Positions 20,771 through 29,505 of a stretch of 32,000 nucleotides of DNA are shown here, one piece after another. A program made the position numbers and the translations under genes. A model generated the notes under the pieces. It had not been told where the DNA came from. It made no database searches and saw only the letters and a program-made list of their open reading frames with translations. The stretch covers positions 960,001 to 992,000 of the forward strand of contig NC_005070.1 in the NCBI RefSeq assembly GCF_000195975.1. Direction: 5' to 3'. Numbering within the stretch: position 1 is the first letter of the stretch; each line of letters starts with the position of its first letter. The stretch is from Parasynechococcus marenigrum WH 8102. Its GTDB lineage: Bacteria > Cyanobacteriota > Cyanobacteriia > PCC-6307 > Cyanobiaceae.

Positions 20771-23557
20771 TCATCCATTCAACGCAGCAACCAGGCTGCT
20801 GACCCAGAGTCGTTGTTGAAACAGCGGCAGCTCCTGGGGGTCGCTGTGCAGCTGGGTTCTGAGTTGAGCGATGGCGCCTGGAGTGGTGGCCAGCTCAATC
20901 GCTTTTTGTTGATAAGCCTCTGGTGTTGTGGTGATCAACTGCGGTTGATGAACGGCATTGCAAAGGCTGGCGCCCATGCGGGCGCAGAAGCGATTCCCGG
21001 CGATGGTGATCAAGGGAAGGCCGGCATTGAGCGCCAGCACGCCGATCGCACCGGCATTGAAGCCGGCAGTGTCGAGAAACAGATCGGCGCAGGCCATGGC
21101 AGCGATGAAACGCTGCACCGGCTTCTGGTAGGGAGCTGCCACGAGGCGATGAGGATCGATGCCGCGTTTCTGCGCCTGGGCCTGAAGGCTCTGCAGCGCC
21201 TTGGGTTTCACCGCCAGCCAGAGCAAGCTGCCAGGAACCGCCTCCAGGATCGTCATCCAGCTGGAGAAGATGCCGGCAGTGATCTTGTCCCCCCTGTTGA
21301 AGCAACAGAACACAACTGCCTCATCGGGTAGCCCGAAGCTGCTGCGGCTGATGCCAGCCATGGGCTGGCGCCAGCGACTAGCGAAGGTGTGGGGTAGCCG
21401 CCATACCTGTTCGGGGTAATTGACTTCCTGCTCAGCAGGAATCAACGCTGCATCGGCAATGATTCCATCCACGTAGTAAGAGCCCTGGCTGCTGGGAAAG
21501 CCGAGGTAATTCAGAACCGTGGGCGCCGGGCGGGCGCAGGCGATGGCTGGTCTGGAGAAGGTGGTGAGTCCGGTGAGATCGATCAGCACATCGAGCTCAT
21601 CGGCTCGGATCTGATCAATGGCGTTGGTGTCGTTCAGGTGGTGCAGATCACAAAAGTGATTTGCCGAGCTGCGGTATCGCTCAGTCAGCTTGTCTTGAAT
21701 TGGGCTGGTGCTGTAGGCGTAGGTGCACGCTTGGTTGGGATCGTGGGCCTCGAACAGCCCCTCCAGCAGCAGCCCCATCGCATGGGTACGGAAATCGGCC
21801 GACAAATATCCGATCCTTAATGGTCGTCGCTCCCCATGGACTGCCGGCAGTCGCGGATGGTGATCCTCAGGCGGGCAATGGCCATTGGCCAGCACCCAGC
21901 GGTCCAGTTCCTGATGGTGCAGCGCCAGGGGGAGTGGCAGTGTCACCAAGCCAAACGGTGGAAGCGGCTGGTGAACGGGGGTGCCTGAATCAATGCTTGC
22001 AGCACCCCGTTCATGCAGCTGCTGGATGATGCGGTTGAGTTGAACGTCAAGCGTCTCCCATTGGCAGAGTGCCTGACAGGCGTAGATCTCCAGCAGTAGC
22101 AGCTCCAAGCGCTGTGGCTCCTGCTGCAAGCCCTGTCGGCACAAGGCGAGGGATGCTTCCAACTCACCCATGAATTGCAGGATCTCGGCTTTGCGTTGCA
22201 ACGCCGCGATCTGCTCGGGCTGGTGCTTCAGCAAGGCATTCACTGCTTTGAGAGCAGCTTCCGGCTGGCCGGCTTCCAGCAACAGGGTGGCTTGGGCGAG
22301 TGCGCAGGCGGAATCGGATGGATCAAGCAGCAATCCGTTGTGCAGTGCGTTGAACGCTTTTCGTTTGTCTCCGCGTTGGACCAGCAGGTGAGCGAGGCGG
22401 TGCCACAGGCCCACAGCCTTGGGTTGTTGGCCGAGGCCATGGGTGGCCGACCGCAGCAGCGATTCGGCATCGTCAAGGGCCTGACACTGGACAAGACCAT
22501 CGGCGAGAAGACCGATGCTCCCCAGGTTGTTGGGCTGAAGCGCCAACAGGTTTTCCAGGGCTTCTCTGGCCTTGGCGAGATGTCCCTTCTGTTGGTGCAG
22601 CAATGCCAAATTGCGCCAACCATCAGCGGCGCCCGGCAACTGTTCGGTGAGCTGCTCCAGGGTGGTGATTGCGGCGTCGATCTGTCCCTGGCGGCGCTGA
22701 CTGTTGGCCCACTGCAGCCAGCTCCACAGGTGATCGGGTGCCTGGGTCACGGCTTGGGCAAAAGCGATTTCTGCCTCGGCGTAGCGGCTGGAGCGGTAGG
22801 CGATGCGGCCCTGCTGAAAGGCAACTGGCGTTTGGCTTTGGTCGCCTGTGGTTGGAGGAGCGCTGTTGGTGTTGCTGTTGGGTTCATAGAAGGGCTGTTG
22901 CCACTTCTCGCAGAAGCGTTCCGCTTCTTCGCGCCAAGCCGCACTGTCGTAGTCGCCGCCACTGGCGTGGATGCAATCCAGCCGGATCACACCGATGGAG
23001 AGCCCCTGGCGGCGGGCGTTGCGGCAGAGATCGAGGTCGTGCAAATGAAAGTGAAACCGGGGATCGAAACCAACCCCGTGATCCAGCAGCTGTTGGCGTT
23101 GCACGGCGATCAGCACGCCATCAATCAGCTGCACCGGCGCGTTGCTGATCCCAAACACGTCTTTGCGTTTGCTCGAGGCCGTGAGTGTGGTGATGGCTCC
23201 CCGCAGGTAGGGGAAGTCCCAGCCATTTCCATTGGGACGCCAATGCCAACTCAGGTGTCCTTGATCGCGGCTGTTGCCGCAAAGGCCGGCAATCGCAAAC
23301 CGCTCCAGCTGCGGACGCAGCAGCGGCTCCAAGGGTTCAGGCGGCAGGGCCAGATCGTCGTGGCAGAACAGCAGGATCTCCTCGCTGCAGATTTGGAGGG
23401 CCTGGTTGTAAAGCTCGGGCAACCCTGTGCTGTTGTTGGTGTGGATCGTGCGGGGCAGATCGGCGTGGGCAGGGTGTTGCAGCGATTGCCCCAGCAGGCT
23501 CTGGGCTGGGAAGGCCGCGTCATTCAGGCGGCTGGCGCTGATCAGGCGCAGGCTCAT
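20771..23557 (-). CDS. Three-part protein: N-terminal GT2-like glycosyltransferase, central TPR repeats, C-terminal GT41 (OGT/SPINDLY-like, COG3914-type) domain
   Basis: N-terminus has LLFCHDDL (DxD-like) and FHFHLHDLDLC, as in Glyco_tranf_2_5-type enzymes. The middle holds several 34-aa TPR-like units (AEIAFAQAVTQAPDH..., DAAITTLEQLTEQLPG..., AREALENLLALQPNN...). The C-terminal LRIGYLSADFRTHAMGLLLEGLFEAHD... is the block I associate with GT41 C-terminal domains. ATGA overlap with the upstream gene at 23554-23557. Confidence 0.75.
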   Translation of the reverse strand: MSLRLISASRLNDAAFPAQSLLGQSLQHPAHADLPRTIHTNNSTGLPELYNQALQICSEEILLFCHDDLALPPEPLEPLLRPQLERFAIAGLCGNSRDQGHLSWHWRPNGNGWDFPYLRGAITTLTASSKRKDVFGISNAPVQLIDGVLIAVQRQQLLDHGVGFDPRFHFHLHDLDLCRNARRQGLSIGVIRLDCIHASGGDYDSAAWREEAERFCEKWQQPFYEPNSNTNSAPPTTGDQSQTPVAFQQGRIAYRSSRYAEAEIAFAQAVTQAPDHLWSWLQWANSQRRQGQIDAAITTLEQLTEQLPGAADGWRNLALLHQQKGHLAKAREALENLLALQPNNLGSIGLLADGLVQCQALDDAESLLRSATHGLGQQPKAVGLWHRLAHLLVQRGDKRKAFNALHNGLLLDPSDSACALAQATLLLEAGQPEAALKAVNALLKHQPEQIAALQRKAEILQFMGELEASLALCRQGLQQEPQRLELLLLEIYACQALCQWETLDVQLNRIIQQLHERGAASIDSGTPVHQPLPPFGLVTLPLPLALHHQELDRWVLANGHCPPEDHHPRLPAVHGERRPLRIGYLSADFRTHAMGLLLEGLFEAHDPNQACTYAYSTSPIQDKLTERYRSSANHFCDLHHLNDTNAIDQIRADELDVLIDLTGLTTFSRPAIACARPAPTVLNYLGFPSSQGSYYVDGIIADAALIPAEQEVNYPEQVWRLPHTFASRWRQPMAGISRSSFGLPDEAVVFCCFNRGDKITAGIFSSWMTILEAVPGSLLWLAVKPKALQSLQAQAQKRGIDPHRLVAAPYQKPVQRFIAAMACADLFLDTAGFNAGAIGVLALNAGLPLITIAGNRFCARMGASLCNAVHQPQLITTTPEAYQQKAIELATTPGAIAQLRTQLHSDPQELPLFQQRLWVSSLVAALNG

Positions 23558-25572
23558 CGTTGCTGAGCTCCGGCGGTCTTCAGGGTGAGTTGGCTAGAGC
23601 GGGCCGACGTCACCGATTTGAGGTGTGCTCCGAGATGACGATCCACCAGGCGCAGCATCGCCTGGCTGTGGGGTGCCACCGCCGCGCGCGCAATGGGAAT
23701 GCCGGCAGCGTGCTGTTGGCGGAAGGCATGGACGAGCAGCGTTAACGCCTGGCCGCGGGGGCGGTGGCCTTTGGCCACAAACAGCGAACTGATGCGGGTG
23801 GCGTTGGCGCTGGTGCGATCCACCAACACCCATCCCACGACGTTGCCGTGGTGCAGCAGCGCCAGCGAGGCCTGGGCTTCCAGTTGGCTGCTCTGCATGG
23901 CTGCGGTGAGGTTGTCTCCAGCCGGAAACTGCGCTGCGACGTCGGCGTAGTCGGCGCGCCAGGGCACCAGTTGATAGCCCGCAGGGAAGAGAAAGCGTTC
24001 GGGCCAGTTCATCGAGGCGAGTTGTGCGGCCTGGCCCTCCAGCAGCAGAAAGGTCTGCCGTGGCGGCGACCAGCCGAGCCGTGGTAGCAGGCGATCCAGT
24101 GGGCCGGGCTGGCGATGGGGAGCCTGATAACTCACCGAGAGACTTGTCTGACTCTGCTGCGTGAGAAATACGCTGAGGTGGGCGATCAAACGGGTGCCGA
24201 TGCCCTGGCGCCGCTGGGGTGGGCTGACACAGAGCGAGACGAGACGTGCATTGCCCTCTGGTGTGCACTCCGCCAGAGCCAGACCCACCAGGGTGCCGTT
24301 CTGGTTGGCGGCGATCCCCAGCAGTTCGCCCTTGAGCTTGCGCCACGCAGCCGAACCTGGTGCCAGGGAGGGATAGGTGAGGGACGCGAAGGGGGCGAGG
24401 GTGGCTTCTGTGAGCTGGAAGACCCGCTGGTAGTGAACGGCGGTGCCGTCTGCGGGGGTGGGCTGGGGCAGGCCAAGGCGCTCCACTGCCGGGCCCTGGT
24501 GGGGTGTGCCGCTGGGGATGGAGGGTTTGATCCGCACCAGGTTGTCCTGCTGGGGCAGTTTCACCAGGCAGTCGATGGCGTCATCGACCAGGCCAAGGGC
24601 CTTGGGTTGCCGGCAGTTCTCCAGAACGGCCAGATCGAAGAGCTCGTCGATTGGTTCCGGTAGATCGAGGCTGTGCAGCACGTTGCCGCTGGCGAGATCA
24701 ATCACGCGAATGCCGCAGCATCCCTTGGGCTGGCCACTGGTCTGCAAGCTCTCCTCCAGGGGCAGCCCGGTGAACTGGGGCGAGCGCAGCTTGGACAGCC
24801 CCACCACGGCGCAGCCACCTGCGAAGGCCAGCCCCCGCACGAAGCCCGGCAAGGTGCAGAGCGGCTGGAAGCGCTCCTGCTCGATCCATCCCAGCTCGCC
24901 GGTGCCGGAATTGAGCAGCCAAAGCTTGTCTTGGTACCAGCGGGGTGAGTGGGGCATGGTGAGCCCCCTGGTGGTGATGGAGCCGGTGGGGATGTGCACC
25001 ACCACACCGCCTTCCTGGCGCGTGTTGCGCCAACTGGTGGGTGTGTTGCCGGCACTGCATGCTGTGGCCCAGGTGATCTCGCCGTTCTTGAGGGCGACGC
25101 CATTGAGGTGGCAGCGGTCTTCCGGTTTGAGGGCATCGATGAAGGGCGGCTGCCACACCGGCCGGAAGCTGCAGCCCGGTGTGAGCTCCGCCAGACAACT
25201 GAACACCGTGTTCACAAACAGCGGTGCCCCCTCGGCGGTGAGCACGAGTTCGTGGGCATTCACCTCGCCGGTGAGGAAGCTGGCCGCAGGCGTGTAAAGG
25301 CGATCGGCACCGTCATGGTGCTGGCCTGGTGCGAGCAGGTTGTCGAAACGCCAGAGATGGGAGCGGCCCGCCATCCAGAGGCTTTGACCGCTGGTGAACA
25401 ATCCCATCGGGCGGTCATAGAGCCGCTCATGAACGCGGAGGGTCTGACTGTGATCCACGCCAAGGAAGATCAGCCGGTTGGCGCGGTAGGTGGAGAGGGC
25501 CAGGGAGATGCCCTGTTGGCTCAGCCAGGTTGCAAGTTCCGGGTTGAAGCTGGCTGGGGTCTGCAGGGTCAC
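23554..25572 (-). CDS. Fusion protein: TIGR03032/DUF4915-like N-terminal domain plus two GNAT acetyltransferase-like domains
   Basis: The N-terminal ISLALSTYRANRLIFLGVD...RPMGLF...LWRFDNLL matches my recollection of the uncharacterised TIGR03032 family. The C-terminal third has two acetyl-CoA-binding-type motifs (VSPPQRRQGIGTRLI and VAKGHRPRGQALTLL). Confidence 0.65.
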   Translation of the reverse strand: MTLQTPASFNPELATWLSQQGISLALSTYRANRLIFLGVDHSQTLRVHERLYDRPMGLFTSGQSLWMAGRSHLWRFDNLLAPGQHHDGADRLYTPAASFLTGEVNAHELVLTAEGAPLFVNTVFSCLAELTPGCSFRPVWQPPFIDALKPEDRCHLNGVALKNGEITWATACSAGNTPTSWRNTRQEGGVVVHIPTGSITTRGLTMPHSPRWYQDKLWLLNSGTGELGWIEQERFQPLCTLPGFVRGLAFAGGCAVVGLSKLRSPQFTGLPLEESLQTSGQPKGCCGIRVIDLASGNVLHSLDLPEPIDELFDLAVLENCRQPKALGLVDDAIDCLVKLPQQDNLVRIKPSIPSGTPHQGPAVERLGLPQPTPADGTAVHYQRVFQLTEATLAPFASLTYPSLAPGSAAWRKLKGELLGIAANQNGTLVGLALAECTPEGNARLVSLCVSPPQRRQGIGTRLIAHLSVFLTQQSQTSLSVSYQAPHRQPGPLDRLLPRLGWSPPRQTFLLLEGQAAQLASMNWPERFLFPAGYQLVPWRADYADVAAQFPAGDNLTAAMQSSQLEAQASLALLHHGNVVGWVLVDRTSANATRISSLFVAKGHRPRGQALTLLVHAFRQQHAAGIPIARAAVAPHSQAMLRLVDRHLGAHLKSVTSARSSQLTLKTAGAQQR

Positions 25573-25629
25573 GTGGCTTTGAAGCGTGTTAGCGGGTGAC
25601 GGGTGTGGAGATCAGACTGATCGGTTGGC

Positions 25630-26361
25630 TCAATTTGCGTTGTAGATGGCTTTCTGTTCCCAGAGCGCGTTGTGGTCATTGGTGCCGATGGCTCCCATTT
25701 GCTCAAGGGTTTGGCGGAATCCTTGTCTGCTGGTTGGTTTGTAAAAACCTGCGATCTGGCCGTTTGGTAACACCATGGCGCGGTTCTTGATTTCGTGCTG
25801 CGGGCTGAGCTCGATGAAGTCTCCAAAGACGGTGGAGCTGGCAACTCCTTCTTCGCAGATGGCACGGCCCCAGACATTTGGGCCCGTTGGGAAAAATGGT
25901 GTGTAGCCGTAGTAGTTGCTTTCGCAGTTGTGCGTGATGATGTCGATCGCCCGTCGCAAGACAGGGTGGCCTGCTTGTGCATAAAACAAACCGTTAGCGA
26001 CGGACCAAGAGGCATAGTGGGTCAGCCTTGGGTTTTCTCTGAACGCAGCAAGTTTGATTCGAGGCTCAAACTGAACACCTGGAAAAGGGCAGTAAAAGCC
26101 AATATCGAAATACCAACCTCCGACGGCATAAACAATGCAAAGTCTCGCTAAATCTGATTTGTAGGCATATGGAATCAGCTTGTTGTATGCAGCACTCACG
26201 CGGCTGTCAAAGTGTTCATTCATCAGGGCCTGGATGTCCCTGTCGCCATAAAGAACATGCGTTAAGTGAGCAAAAGCTCGCCTTACGCTGGCGATGTACC
26301 GCTGCAGCAGCGCAGGCGGCTCAGCGTTGTTGTCGGAGAGATAGATCTGCGTGACTTGCAT
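25630..26361 (-). CDS. Glycosyltransferase with a DXD sugar-binding region (GT32 / Gly_transf_sug-like)
   Basis: 243 aa. LIPYAYKSDLARLCIVYAVGGWYFDIG resembles the conserved A/K-SD-x-x-R...GG-x-Y-x-D core of OCH1/GT32-type transferases. Same strand as the neighbouring transferase genes and tightly spaced with them. Confidence 0.6.
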   Translation of the reverse strand: MQVTQIYLSDNNAEPPALLQRYIASVRRAFAHLTHVLYGDRDIQALMNEHFDSRVSAAYNKLIPYAYKSDLARLCIVYAVGGWYFDIGFYCPFPGVQFEPRIKLAAFRENPRLTHYASWSVANGLFYAQAGHPVLRRAIDIITHNCESNYYGYTPFFPTGPNVWGRAICEEGVASSTVFGDFIELSPQHEIKNRAMVLPNGQIAGFYKPTSRQGFRQTLEQMGAIGTNDHNALWEQKAIYNAN

Positions 26362-26377
26362 GGCGTCGCGTTAGCAC

Positions 26378-28096
26378 TCAGGAATGTCTGGCGAGATGGT
26401 GTTGCTGGCGTAGGGCCGGCAGGAAACTGGGATCGATTGCAAGGGCGCGCAGGCAGGCGGCCTGCGCCTCTGGCCACTGGCCCTGACGGCTGAGCAGGAT
26501 CGACTGGTTGGTGTGGCCGTGCACGTGATCGGGATGGGCATGCAGCAGTCGCTCCAGGCAGAACGCGGCCTGCTCACTGTTTCCCTGGCGTTGCAGCAGC
26601 GTGGCCAGCTGCAGCAGGGCGCCGTTGTGGCTGGGGAGTTGATCGAGAATCGCGCGGTAGTGCCGCTCTGCAGCGGCTGAATTGCCCCGGCGTTCGAGCA
26701 GGCGCGCCGCAGCAAAGGTTCGTTGATGCGGCCGCTCCAGCCCGCGCCGGGGCCGCAGCGCCAGGGGATCGAGCTGATGAGCAGTGCGGAATGCCCGGCT
26801 GGCCTGTTCTGACTGGCCCTGTTTTTCGGCGCACACCCCCAGGAAGGTGTGGGCAGGGGCATGGTCAGGTTCATTCTGAATCGCCGCTTGGAGGTGTTCT
26901 GTTGCTGCCGACCAGTGGCCGCCCTGCAGCGCCTTGAGGCCTTTGGCGAAGCCCTGATCAGCATTGCTGCTCAGTTTCAGGCGGCAGTGGCGCTCGCCGA
27001 TCCGTTTCCATCCGGGGATTTGCGTGAGCGTCCGCTCGCGCTGCTGCTCAAGCGGAGCTGGCAAGGGGCCCGGCACGGAATTGCTCTGTTGGAGCAGGCC
27101 TATATAAAACGTCTGGCGTTCAACCACGGCGGTTTGGATGTCGCGGTTGGTGCTCACGTAGGCATGGGCACGGCGGGCCTGTTCCAGCCGTTGCTCTGGG
27201 TTCTGCACCAGGCCTTCGAGCTGCTGGATCATCGCCTCTGGACTGTCAAACAGGCTCGCTAGATCAGTTGCAGCGAGGGCCTGGTAGGGGGTTTCGTTCT
27301 GGAGCACGGCCGCTGCACCGGCCGCCGCATACTCCAGGAATTTCACATCGGAGCGGCAACGGTTGTAGTCCGTGGGCAGCAGAGGAGCCAGGCCGATGTG
27401 CAGGCTGTTCAGCCAGCTGCGGTAGTGATCAAGGCTTCCTGGCTTGCGGATCAGCACGTGCTCCTCGGCCCTTCCCTCGAAGACAGCTGCCAGAGATGGA
27501 TCAGCCATGATCTCGAGCTGAACATCGCTCTGCTGAGGCAACCACTGCAGCAGCGCTGGTGCGATGTGGCGCAGGTCCTCTAAGTGGCCGATCGATCCAC
27601 CCCAGCCGATCCGCAGCGGCCGGCCATCAGCACGATGTTTCAGCTCATCGAAGCCGGGGATGGCATCAAGGTGATTCGGCAAGACAACGGCCGAGCGGGC
27701 CTGTTGCTGCAGCCGGTCAGCCAGTCCGCCGGAGCTGAACTGGCAGGCATCAGCGTTGTGGATCAGGCCGTGGAAGAGCTTCTGGCCACGGGGATCATGC
27801 CAGGAGCCGGCAGCAGGATTCCAAGCCTGCACATCGGGGAGATAGTCATTGACTTCCACCACGGTGGGCCGGCCCAGCAGGCGGCGTTGGCGGATCAGCC
27901 GGAAGGCCTCCAGATCCAGGGTCATCGTGAGCACGAGCAGGTCGGCGGCCAGGGCGGCGGCGTCGCGGTAACGGGCATCTGGATGCACCTCGAACACCTC
28001 CACTCCCGGCAGGGCGGCCAGGGCGGCAGCGGGCTGATGCATGCGGTAATGCTGATCACCGCTGCTACCGAAGCTGCCGATCAAAACAATGCGCAT
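26378..28096 (-). CDS. GT-B-like glycosyltransferase domain fused to C-terminal TPR repeats
   Basis: 572 aa. The N-terminal ~340 aa have a Rossmann-like alternation and ...RSDVKFLEYAAAGAAAV..., reminiscent of GT-B C-terminal domains. The C-terminal ~200 aa are TPR-like (ATEHLQAAIQNEPDHAPAH..., AERHYRAILDQLPSHNGAL..., AAFCLERLLHAHPDHVHGH...). First gene of the minus-strand cluster. Confidence 0.65.
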   Translation of the reverse strand: MRIVLIGSFGSSGDQHYRMHQPAAALAALPGVEVFEVHPDARYRDAAALAADLLVLTMTLDLEAFRLIRQRRLLGRPTVVEVNDYLPDVQAWNPAAGSWHDPRGQKLFHGLIHNADACQFSSGGLADRLQQQARSAVVLPNHLDAIPGFDELKHRADGRPLRIGWGGSIGHLEDLRHIAPALLQWLPQQSDVQLEIMADPSLAAVFEGRAEEHVLIRKPGSLDHYRSWLNSLHIGLAPLLPTDYNRCRSDVKFLEYAAAGAAAVLQNETPYQALAATDLASLFDSPEAMIQQLEGLVQNPEQRLEQARRAHAYVSTNRDIQTAVVERQTFYIGLLQQSNSVPGPLPAPLEQQRERTLTQIPGWKRIGERHCRLKLSSNADQGFAKGLKALQGGHWSAATEHLQAAIQNEPDHAPAHTFLGVCAEKQGQSEQASRAFRTAHQLDPLALRPRRGLERPHQRTFAAARLLERRGNSAAAERHYRAILDQLPSHNGALLQLATLLQRQGNSEQAAFCLERLLHAHPDHVHGHTNQSILLSRQGQWPEAQAACLRALAIDPSFLPALRQQHHLARHS

Positions 28097-28337
28097 GGTG
28101 CTCAGCTAGGGGTGGCGTTGATCACGGTTTGCAGGGGTGCAGGCCAGCCGGGTTCGATTTGGCTTGAGCCGGTGGACCTGTCGTTGGGCGTGGTTAATGC
28201 CGGCGACAACAGCCTCGATGTCGCAACCCAGCTCAAGGATGGTGCGGGCTTGAGTCGGGATGCGCTCAAGGGGGGGCAGTGCGTGAAGGCACTTCTCGCG
28301 GCTCAAAGACACTCTGATGCCAATCAGCAGAAGCGCC

Positions 28338-28442
28338 TGCCCACGATCCATTCCTCATCAGAATCACTGCATCGATAGTGAGCGTTGTTGCTGGTAAGTA
28401 TGAATCCTGGAGATCAATGCTGATGTTTCTTGGCGTTGCTAC
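28338..28442 (+). repeat. Boundary repeat copy D (full length, decayed)
   Basis: TGCCCACGATCCATTCCTCATCAGAATCACTGCATCGATAGTGAGCGTTGTTGCTGG...GAATCCTGGAGATCAATGCTGATGTTTCTTGGCGTTGCTAC aligns along its whole length with copy C (31893-32000). It carries many substitutions and in-frame stops. Confidence 0.6.
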
Positions 28443-28787
28443 TAATTAATTGTATTCACTAATAGACAGCTTGAAATTCTTGTGCCTGATGTGTTTCTTT
28501 TGTTCTGTGTGCCTGTTTAATTCATGATGAAGCTCGACATGATGGCCTTCTATGAGTTTGCGGCTCTCTGAGCTAGCAAAGAAATTAATGGTTGCACAGT
28601 AAATTCTGCTTTTCTTGGGCGCAAGTTGATATTTGGGATTCAAATTAATTATGTCTTTCAGACTTCCAACTATCTGTGGATCTTTCAATAAATTGCAGGC
28701 TCGGCTTTGCGGGCAGCCAGTGGCTTCGGCAAAGCAGGCACTACCACCCTCGTTTCTTCTAGCTTTGTTGTAGGAAAGGTTCAACAC

Positions 28788-29504
28788 ATGTTTTCTGGCT
28801 GGACCTCGATGCAACGTGATCGGCAGCCCGAAGTCATGGATCAGCCGGGGCTCGATCCAGCCGAGCACGACCGAGCCCTTCAAGGTCTTCGTCGTATCAA
28901 TGGAATCAGTCGCTGTGTGCCAGGGCTGTTTCGTCACGTAGAGGCGCTCGCAGGTGAGAGTCCAGCCACTCAGCTGAGCGTGCTTGAGCTGGCTTGCGGA
29001 GGTGGCGATACGGCGATTGAGCTCGCTGCGCTCGCCCGTGGACGCGATTTGGATGTATTGGTTCAAGCCTGCGATCTGAATCCTGAAGCGGTGCGTCTCG
29101 CCCGCCGCAATGTGGCCAGATCAGACAGCAACGTTGGTGTGTTTGTTGCTGATGCTTTGGACCCGTCCGAATCCAAACAATTTGACGTGGTGTACTGCAC
29201 CCTTTTTGTTCACCATCTCGATCCACCCGATGTGGTGCGCCTACTCAAAGGGATGACAGCTAGGGCTCGTCGACTTGTGATTGTCGATGATCTAATCCGC
29301 AGCCGTCTTGGGTATTCCTTGGCTTGGATGGGTACACGACTGCTGAGTCGATCCTGGGTGGTTCATCACGATGGTCCACTGTCGGTGAAGGGAGCTTTTA
29401 CTCCTTCAGAGATCCTGGACCTCGCCTCTCAAGCTGGATTGCACGATTGTGTCTTGGAACGGACCTGGCCCGAGCGCTACCGGCTCTGCTGGAGACCCCA
29501 CTGA
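28788..29504 (+). CDS. Class I SAM-dependent methyltransferase
   Basis: A start at ATG 28788 (or 28809) gives ...RDRQPEVMDQPGLDPAEHDRALQGLRRIN, followed by motif I VLELACGGGD and DVVYCTLFVHHL. The track ORF start (28707) lies in non-coding-looking AT-rich DNA. The stop TGA at 29502-29504 is 1 nt before the next gene. Confidence 0.8.
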   Translation: MFSGWTSMQRDRQPEVMDQPGLDPAEHDRALQGLRRINGISRCVPGLFRHVEALAGESPATQLSVLELACGGGDTAIELAALARGRDLDVLVQACDLNPEAVRLARRNVARSDSNVGVFVADALDPSESKQFDVVYCTLFVHHLDPPDVVRLLKGMTARARRLVIVDDLIRSRLGYSLAWMGTRLLSRSWVVHHDGPLSVKGAFTPSEILDLASQAGLHDCVLERTWPERYRLCWRPH

Positions 29505-29505
29505 C

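Noticed and set aside
22175-23566. 463-aa plus-strand ORF, together with 21661-22029, 22669-23148 and similar
   Set aside because: These are antisense to the 928-aa GT2-TPR-GT41 gene. They have no recognisable motifs and a low-complexity Gly/Ala/Gln/Leu composition.
28106-28351. 81-aa minus-strand ORF containing ILELGCD, reminiscent of methyltransferase motif I
   Set aside because: It is too short, and the motif is imperfect (GCD rather than GxG). Its ATG lies inside boundary-repeat copy D. At best it is a gene relic, so it is not reported as a feature.
28446-29066. 206-aa minus-strand ORF
   Set aside because: Its N-terminal two-thirds are antisense to the well-supported SAM methyltransferase. 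Only the AT-rich tail (28446-28700) is free, and it has no ATG. A short TTG-started peptide cannot be excluded, but nothing supports it.
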